From Catajapyx aquilonaris (Eukaryota), in assembly GCA_000934665.2 (NCBI GenBank), contig KZ538431.1, positions 62,001 to 90,823 of the forward strand: DNA of 28,823 bases, given 5' to 3'. A program made the translations under genes and the position numbers. The notes beneath the pieces are model-generated. The model worked only from the letters and a program-made list of their open reading frames with translations, was not told where the DNA came from and ran no database searches. The stretch's first letter is position 1. Every line of letters starts with the position of its first letter. Shown here piece by piece: positions 20,451 to 28,823 of the stretch.

Positions 20451-23400
20451 GTGAGTGTCCAACCAACAACATCCATCCTTATATAATTATTGGTTGCTCG
20501 CAAGTGTAAGCACGTGGCTATAAATGCATATCAGGCCTAATCACAAATATATATAAGTAAGCACGCGGTTGACAGAAACAAAATGGCGTGTGTTGTGGTT
20601 TAAGATTACGTGATTACCTGGCTAAATGCTTTGTAAATATGTATGGGGATGTTCAGCCGGTGTTTAGAGATAAAGAATACATGCCGGTGCCAGAAGCTAG
20701 GCCTAATTTGCAGCACATGTGTACAGGTTGAACTATTCTGATAATAGTGTTTTCGGGTAGTCCTAAAGTGGTTGTGTGCAGTGTGTGCCCTTGACCTCCA
20801 AAAAGTGTGTGTTTGTGTGCTGTGAACAATGTGTTGTAAGCTCAATTTCGGCCTAAAATTACAGAGCAATCTATGAGCCGTATTGACAGTGGAATAGTAG
20901 GCATACTTGCACGCATGCGAGTGTGAATAGCTATAGGTATGCCACTGGGGGGTTCGTAAATGTGTGTTTACACATTTTTGGGACTCTGGCCAAACATCTC
21001 CCATCGCGAGCATTTGTGCTTTGAAACAACAAAAAAAAAAAGTATAGCAAACGAGCGATAAACCCTAATCTATAAACCTTCAGGGAATACTTTCTTTCCG
21101 GAGCAATTTTCCAACACAAAAAAATGATAGTGTTAAGAAAAAGGTCAAAAGTTTACAACCCGAGCTGATCAAAATCACTGTTGCGTCTGCTCCCAAATTT
21201 GCGGGAATTCATAGTAAAATGCATCCCTGTGTGTTATTGAATAGTACAGGGTGTGTCCCCAGGGTGACATATCGTGGGTGGGCCTCCCCCCACTTGTAGG
21301 CAGCCCTTGGGCACTTGGGGGGGTTGCCCGCAGGCAATACCCGCGGAGATTACCCCCACGGGTGGTCTCTCTCTCTTGGGTCATTCGCCGCTGGGGGCAC
21401 ATTTTAAGCCCCCGTCTCTTGCAAACCGTACCCCACACCTTTTAGATGCCGAGAGACGAAAAAAAGGAGTTTCTGGAAAGGAGCAAATGTTCCTCACTTC
21501 CTTTTTTTTTTGTAGCTAACCACCCACAAGTTGTATGTCAATCGATTGTTGCGATGCTGATGTTTTTAAATTGGGTCCAGGCAGTTTAACCCTGAGCATC
21601 TCGCGATTGCGGGGCCCCAAAGCACGTGTTTTCTTTTCCAAATGGCGCAGGCATGTGCGGGGCGGATGGGGGTTTTTCAAAAAAATAAAATAAATTTTGG
21701 TGGGGATTCTGCATGGAGATGGATTAGATGCTTTTTGCATCAGGACGAACTGCTGGAAGACAGGCGGAATTTGTAACTGCGCAGCCGAACCCCTCTTTTT
21801 TCTCCGTCTTCTTCTTTCTTGGGGGCTCTCTCTCTCTCGCTCTTGCCTTGCTTCTGCTGGATAGAAAACTGCTGGCATTAAAGTGCCGGCAGAACCCTGC
21901 GGAATGAATGTTTCCAAGTGTATATAGTTGTTCGTAAATCAATAAGTAAGAACATTGATCCTATTCCGGGGAGGCTGGCTATTTGTGAAAGTCTCGGAAC
22001 GAATGCAGTGCTGCAGAAGAATATTTCAAAACACTGCTCGTATACTGCTGGCCAGACTTATTGAGGTTAGTTTGTGTTTTGGGTAAGTTAGCATTTTCCA
22101 TTGCGCCAGTGAATGTTACATTTACTTGTTTTAGTGCAGCCGTATAGATGCACATGAATATTTAAAAATAAGATGTAACCGAAAAATGTGCATAATAACG
22201 CAACAAGATGCTGTGAATCTAGCAGGTTAACCGAAGCTATATAAGCGCAATTGCATTTATTTAGTGGAGTAATGAATTAATAATGTAGCACACAAAATTG
22301 TGATCTGATTATTGTAATGGGAATATTAAAATTATCAATATTGCAATAAGCCCACATTTTACGTGTTCATGTTAATTCCATTAATTCTTGCTAAATTCCA
22401 TACTAGAAGTATGTGGTTTTATTTATCATTTCAGACTGTGTACAGAATGTTACAGAGAGTGACAAAATCATGTTACTTTGTCGATGCATGTTGCGTATGA
22501 ATCCTCAGTGGGCTGCCATAGTTGTATAGAGTAAGTCATAATCGCGCAACAAATGATTCGACATAAAATCACACTATCAGAGCACATTATGGCTGCACTG
22601 AAAAGAGCAGTGGTCATAAAAGTTATTTATTAACTGCCTCGTGAAAAATTATTCGGGCCACGGTTTGTGCCTCGCACCGTGACCGTAATCGTCGCCTGTT
22701 TTTTTTTTAAACAAGTATCCTTGTATGTGTGCAGCACATTCAGCAAAATGATACCTGCGAAATTTTGGCTCCGGACATTTGACATGACGTAGACGTTTTG
22801 TTTCTACCCCCCCNCCCCCCCCCCCCTGCCACTTTTGCAGAGAAAATATCAGCTATATGCAAGAGAGAGAGAAAAAACTCGAAAAAAAAAATCCCCAAAA
22901 TGAGACTCGCGGATGTAGTTAACGCGCTAGATCCCTGGGCTTAATCGAAACAGCATTGGGTTAGTCCGGCGCATAATCGGGTTAAAATTTAGATTGCTGC
23001 ATGATACAAAGGAATTTTGTGTGTGGGTGTGTGTCTGTTGTTATACGTTTTGGGATGGGGTGTCCAACCACTGGCGGCGGATACAAAATTAATATAGCCC
23101 CTCGACAGCACATGACCTTCGTCCAGGATCATTATCAAAGGCAAAATAAACTCTAAGCAGATTCAAAGTAACGCAATTAGCCGCTGTAATCTAGTCAATT
23201 GCGGCGCACCTGGAATGAATGTTCCATGCTATGTGCAAGTGTCTTAACTGTCAGGGAGAGTTTCAAGCGCCGCTCGAAAAGTGTTTTGGCACCGTGCAAA
23301 CTCTGGTTAAATTTTCCTGCCCTGCTGCCCCCCCTCCTATATACTCTGTACCTCTCACCTCACTTATTGCTGCAAGCCATGTCCCGCAGCCTACCACATC

Positions 23401-26400
23401 ACATAATATCGCCATAGCCCATCGTGCGAAATTATAGTGCCATGAAAAATAACTGCGGCTGAAATATCCATCCAATTAAGCAATAGGAGACCTATAGACT
23501 TCATCTGCATACCGTTAATCAATCATGAAATAGGGATGCACGCGTGCAATAAGCCCAAAAACTACGCTGGGTGGGTGGGGATGGGCAGCATATAGGTTTG
23601 GGGGGGATGCTGCCGGCGCGTATAATATTCAGAACGCAACACGGCGGCGTCACCCCGGCCATAATTACATGCATCGATGTAGTAGTGGCCTTCATTTAGG
23701 AATTGAACACTGTTTACTAATGATAGGTGCTGGGGTTTTGTGTCCCACACTTTCGAGGATATATTGCGCCTCTTGTAAATCACTGCCCGCCGGATGTGAG
23801 TAGTATAATATATACATGTGTGGTATCCAGTGTTATATAACGGATAGCTGGATGTATTAACATACAGACGACTCGGCAAGCGCTCTCGGGCCAGGGCGGA
23901 TTTCAAATGGAGCAGCATGTAACTTTGAATATCGGCCAAATTATTTTAACGCGCTCTGCTGGCCGGCATACTCCGCAGGATGAGATGAGGGAGGTTTTTT
24001 TTAAAAAAAAAACACAAAATTGCAAGCTTGCGTGCTGTATCGGGATGTTCGTTTCCCAAGCATGGGATGCGCGCAAATTATTTTGGTTGAGCACAAACTT
24101 GAGGTTACATTTGCGAAATGCCATCTGAGGGTGTCCAACACGTTGTCTGACATATGGACACCAGCCACTCTGGTTATTGATGCGGCCATAAATATTTCTT
24201 CTACTATTAGGTTAAATATAGAGGTCATTTTGAAAGTCCTAAATATGTGATCTGAGATATACAGGAGCATTTTAGTCGAAGGTTATGTAGGCCAAGTCTT
24301 ACTCATCAATTCTCGTTGAAAGAGTGCTGGTATTTACTGTATATTCAAGAATTACAGTATAATGTTACATATCTACTTGTACAACTGTGATAATTTACAC
24401 CACATCTGCAAGCAGTGATAAAATATTTATTGCTAATATTCTTGCTAGCAAATGTAAGGTTTTGCCATAAGCAACTGTTTCTTTTCCGTTTGAGAGCTTA
24501 CAATATATTTTTTGAACATTAATATGAACAGTTACATGATGTGATATATATCGAGTCATAGACATAATATGGAGGACACCAAATTCTCGTGCAAGTGTCA
24601 CGTCCATCTTTCTTCCCCCCTTTTTTAAAAAAACAAGGCCTTGCATCCAGTGGAGTTTTTTTTTAAAAATGCGAATATTTACTGCGGGCCAGGGGATGAA
24701 TCGGCAACGTTTTAGTCATAAATGTAAAACCGAGCGATTCCAGTAGAGGTCGAGCGTGCAGCGAAGCGTCCATCCGGGGATTGGGAGAAATGGCGCCCCG
24801 AATTCATTTTGTGGGGAGAGGGTTGTGATGTTGGAAGGGGGGGAGAGGGGGTGGGAGGAGAGAGAGAACTGGAAATGGCGTAAGAAAAAGGGGGTTAGCA
24901 TACTCTGCAATTCATTTTAGGGACGATGGCTAAGTCGTGCGAAGGCACAAGGTCTACGCATCACAGCAGAGGGATGGACCTAGCATATAGGTGCAGCACC
25001 AGGGATGAGAGAGAGAGAGAGGGTTGGGGGAAATGAGTAATAGAAGGACTGTGAAGTTGGGCGGAGAGGGAAACGCAATTAGGCTGTCGTCCTAATGTTA
25101 TTACCATCCGTGGTGCCAGCTATTGATTTTGAAAACACGGGCGAGTCCGGGTCTGCTTTTGCTGCGGAATCCGGCTTGCCTCGGATGCAAACACTCGAGC
25201 TCTAATGGCACAGCCGTCGGGGAAGAGGGGCTTTTGGGTGGGGGGGGGGGGNAAAATTGGTGAGGGGAGGCTGGGGGGGGGGGGGAGGACATACATACAA
25301 TACCAAGTCTTTGCCAGGTTCCCCCTCTCGTCCTTGCTCTCTCGAGTCCATCCATTACATAATGAAGCACTTATCAAAATATTTCCTCTTGTGCTCAATT
25401 AATTAATTAGGAAAAATCAGATTAGGGAAATGCCACGGCGTGAGGGCGACAAAGGGTCGGTCTGTGGAGAAAGAAGCTTGCTGTTGGTGCGATGGAAGGA
25501 CAGGGACCGTGGATGTTTTTTTTAAATATTTTATTTTAATAATATTAAAATCTGGGTTGAAGGTTGCGAAAGATTGGGTGGAGGTAAGGGTGGCGGTGGA
25601 GGGGCTCATTACCTGGCTGGGACGCATTTCTAATACGAGATCACGCAGAAACCTCGGCGAGCAAATCCTTTCCCGCTCCATCCCACCGCATCTTAATACA
25701 TTCATCAACCCCCCCTTTCCCCTCCTCTACCTTGATGATGATTAGAGTGAAGCTACCAAAATGCGGCGCTGGCTGCCTCTCCACCACCTCCTCCTCCTCC
25801 TCCTTCCACAGCAAGCTTCCTATTAATAAGTAAGCCCAGGTTGTGACCGCTGGAAATTGTACAGTGAAGCGGAAAATTGCTAGTTGATGTTGAGGAAGCA
25901 ATCTTGTTATCTCACGTCGCCATCTCCTTTCCTCCTTTCCCTCAACATTAGTTTGGGTCGCAAGGTGAGATTGGGAGAAGATACACGTGAGATTCGTTAC
26001 GACAACATAATTGCCTCCTAATGGAGTCTATTTTAGCGGCTCACTGAGAATAAGTTAGTCAAGGTGTTGACACTGTTTCGGAGCCGTGTGAGAGAGGACA
26101 CCAAGCGAAACCCACGAATTTAAAGAAATTTGCGGATTGTTTCATACACATCTACTGTATATGTTGAGCAGTCGAGTATTTTTTAATAAGTTACATACAG
26201 CGGCATGGTGAAAAATTATTCCAACGTTATGTCATGTAGGCTGTCCATTTTTCGTAGCCAAGTATATAGGATTCGGTTTAGCTTATTTATGGTTCCACAT
26301 TTTTAGCAATTGAGGCGTTGACATCATGATGGGAAAAGGGCATAAGTCACAAAGAGAAATGTGCATCAAAAACAAGAAGAAAAATGTTAAACTCATAAAT

Positions 26401-26755
26401 TGCTTTGAGATCACGTCTCGTGGCTTTTTGTAACGAAATCCAACAATGAGAAAGCTTTTGTGTAATAAAATCTCCTTCACGGTGTTGCCTATAGCCCTTG
26501 TAAAAAATATTTTTGTGACTTTTTCCCTTTCCCAGCAATTGTTGCATGCAAATTAATCCTGCCTTGATTTTACAAAAATGATTACTATACGGTAAGAGCA
26601 AAAATTACAGTGTGAAAACACTAAGAATCTACACTGTTAAGGTTAATAAAAAAAATACGGAAAATATGTTTTTACACAATTTCCGCTCGGGGCGTGTTAT
26701 AATTTCTCTAAATGCGTGTTTTTTTTGTTTTTTTTTAAATTTATTGTTCTTTCAG
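20451..26755 (+). other. Intron 1 of collier/knot (6305 nt, GT-AG, phase 2)
   Basis: GTGAGT donor and T-rich tract plus CAG acceptor. Joining the exons restores ...[12 protein letters not shown] in frame. Confidence 0.92.
21256..21381. promoter_or_regulatory. Intron 1 candidate enhancer with COE-like and Ci/Gli-like sites
   Basis: COE-like: TCCCCAGGGT 21256, GCCCTTGGGC 21303, CCCCACGGGT 21354, TCTCTTGGGT 21372. Gli-like: TGGGTGGGC 21275, CGGGTGGTC 21359. Confidence 0.45.
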
Positions 26756-26909
26756 TGTGGGCATAGGGCGGGCCCACTTCGAGAAACAGCCACCCAGCAA
26801 CCTCCGAAAGTCCAACTTCTTCCACTTCGTCATCGCCCTCTACGACCGAGCGGGTCAGCCCATCGAGATAGAGCGCACAGCCTTCATCGGCTTCGTGGAA
26901 AAGGACCAG
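26756..26909 (+). CDS. kn: Collier/Knot (COE/EBF) coding exon 2, start of the COE DNA-binding domain (154 nt, phase 2 to phase 0)
   Basis: Poly-T tract plus TTTCAG| acceptor. AA+T completes Asn, then [51 protein letters not shown], the near-invariant COE motif. Donor CAG|GTGAGA at 26910. Codons are GC3-rich compared with the AT-rich flanks. Confidence 0.97.
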
Positions 26910-27031
26910 GTGAGATATACTATATGCATTCTGTTCTCACCCACCCATTCCGTCCCCCATCACCTATGAGTATATGCGAAAGAGTGAAAAAAGGGCTGGT
27001 GCAAATTGGGCCCAGGGCGACAAAGGTAGTC

Positions 27032-27244
27032 TCCAAAGGGACCTTCACAAGAGCCATGCAAATGGCCGCCTGAGAGATGGGGTTGTTGCCCTTGGGACTG
27101 GATGATTTGTCTCTTGAGAGGCAAACCCTCCCCTTTCCACCCCCTCCCCAGTCCAGTAAACGTTACGACCGATGGATTGCGGGAGGTCTCTTACTAACTT
27201 ATTCACAGGCCAAAAGGATTTTTTTTAAACCTCTTCCCATGGGC
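27032..27244. promoter_or_regulatory. Intron 2 cluster of COE/EBF-like sites
   Basis: TCCAAAGGGA 27032, GCCCTTGGGA 27088, TCTCTTGAGA 27110, TCCCATGGGC 27235. Confidence 0.45.
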
Positions 27245-28289
27245 CTGTTAGGAGTCTTTGCGCCGAGTGCTGTTTGCCGTACCACTTATAGGTTCTTTTG
27301 TAATTCTGTTTCACGTCCGGTCCGTGAAACTATCTTGGTGCTGCTACTGCACTATTTTGCACGTAAAAAAAGAGCAAGTCTCACGGGTCATCTATTCCAA
27401 GATTTCAGCGGAAGTGTGCGTTGTAAGTTGTAAATAATCACACGAAAATAATTATAGAGTAAATAATATTATGCACTTACAAGTACAAGCTGGAATTTCA
27501 CAAAAGTTTTGTAATGTTTTTGTACCCAGCAACATTTTGTCCTACTTGTTTATACAAATTGGCTAAGCCTTCGTGTGTTCTGCTCACACTTTTCTGAAAC
27601 CTTGCACAAGTTGTCCCCATAGTATAAGAGACACACACATTTTTCCTCCCCTAAGCTGCATGGTTGCAAATGCTCGATGCGATAACCCGAGGCTATCTGA
27701 TGTGTTTGGGTTTCAGAACCGAACATGTGAGAGTAGTGGTCAAGCAATCGATCAGTAATAAGCATTACATTGAACGGCAAGTCGAAAGAGGGGGGAGGTT
27801 ATAGCAAAACCGTGAATTTGATCCGATACCGCTCGAGGGTTACAGATCCAAAAGAACACGACAATAGTGATAGTTTTTTGAGAGGTCAAAAGGAGAACCA
27901 GAATAGATCAGTAGATGCTGCGAGGGTAATGCCTGGGTTTTTCTTACCGTAACATGCAACCAAACCGCGGGTACACCATAAACCATTAATGCTTATAGCT
28001 CTCTTTTTTTCCTGCAAATAACTGTATTTAACCCCCTGAACCAAGCAAGGAGCAACTAAACTCAATCATTATGCCGGTCCCTCATTTTCCTTGCTTTTTC
28101 CTCTCGAAAATAACTGCACGTGCAGAGAGCAACATCGTGCCCATCAATATTTCAAACCCAGCAACGATGTCGCTACAAGACTGAGTGACGTCCACGACAA
28201 TATTACCCGTCCTATTTACTTGTCAGTGTGCACGGAAAGCAGTTTTTTTCTCTCTCCCCCTGTATAGTAACACCAACACACATATGTTA

Positions 28290-28359
28290 CAGGGTGAGTC
28301 AGAACTGCCAGCTGTAAGGATTATTCCTAGACTTTTGGACTTAGTTTTGACTCACTGTG
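28290..28359. mobile_element. Tiny Tc1/mariner-type MITE (70 bp, TA target duplication)
   Basis: TA-CAGGGTGAGTCAGAACT ... AGTTTTGACTCACTGTG-TA, 14/17 TIR match, with TA on both sides. Confidence 0.6.
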
Positions 28360-28823
28360 TATAAACTGTACGGGAGCGTGTAAATGAAAGAGTGAGGCCC
28401 GAGTGTCAGTAAGCAAATATCTGCAGTCGCGTGAGACTTCCAGCCCATTCATTACATAGACCCCCAGCAACTATCGTATATCACCCACCCCTCGGAGTTG
28501 ACTTATCGGAACGGGGATCCATGCATAAAATTATGATTAATAGAGGCAAAGAAGAAGGCAGCAGCGGCATGCAGTATAGGCGTCTTTTGGCCAGCGCCAT
28601 AATTTGAGATCTAATTCCCAGCTCCGAACCAAATTAGTGTCCAGTGTTCCAGGCTGGACTTGTGTTCCCCGAAATTTGCATAATTAGGCAGCCAGTGAAG
28701 GGGGCAGCAGCAGGCGTTGGTAGTGAAGTGCTGGACACAATCTCCGCCTTCAGAAATCGGCTAGCTGCTATACTGGGAGTGGACGTCGCAACATCTAGGC
28801 CTTTCCATCAAGTGTGCAAACAC

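Larger units (their letters stand above)
26910..28823 (+). other. Intron 2 of collier/knot (partial, runs off the window)
   Basis: GTGAGA donor after EKDQ. The expected next exon (..TNNGI.YRLQLLY.NG) was not seen in the remaining sequence. Confidence 0.8.

Noticed and set aside
19915..20509. Overlapping antisense and alternative-frame ORFs over exon 1
   Set aside because: Shadows of the GC-rich trinucleotide repeats. Homology supports only the Collier frame.
21245..21260. TACAGGGTGTGTCCC resembling a Tc1/mariner TIR
   Set aside because: No matching downstream inverted copy was found.
22648..22689. Imperfect hairpin followed by a T-run (terminator-like or TE end)
   Set aside because: Bacterial terminators are irrelevant here, and element boundaries could not be defined.
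2806..25252. Single N bases at 2806, 11576, 22814 and 25252
   Set aside because: All lie in or beside long G/C homopolymers, so they are assembly uncertainty rather than biology. Local run lengths are unreliable.
26612..27073. 153-aa ORF overlapping exon 2, and the tail of ORF 26757-26969 past EKDQ
   Set aside because: Off-frame shadow and intron read-through. COE similarity ends at the donor at 26910.

Overview
Eukaryotic (arthropod-like) genomic DNA holding the 5' end of a collier/knot (COE/EBF family) transcription factor gene on the + strand. Coding exon 1 (conserved ATG 20317 to 20450) splices across a 6.3-kb intron to exon 2 (26756-26909). Exon 3 was not found and presumably lies beyond the window. 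The ~19.5 kb upstream is a gene desert of alternating GC-rich, motif-dense islands and AT-rich spacers, with a few small transposon-like relics. Main observations: (1) a stop-free, AUG-free, in-frame extension of about 100-130 codons upstream of the conserved MFGL start. It encodes His12 and Pro-rich tracts whose sequence variation is synonymous only in the Collier frame, and it has GUG/CUG codons in strong initiation context, suggesting a non-AUG-initiated long isoform behind a uORF. (2) Clusters of COE-type palindromic sites (CCC-NN-GGG) at the promoter and near the start of introns 1 and 2, suggesting autoregulation, with Ci/Gli-like sites interleaved in one cluster. All motif counts were made by eye and no searches were run.
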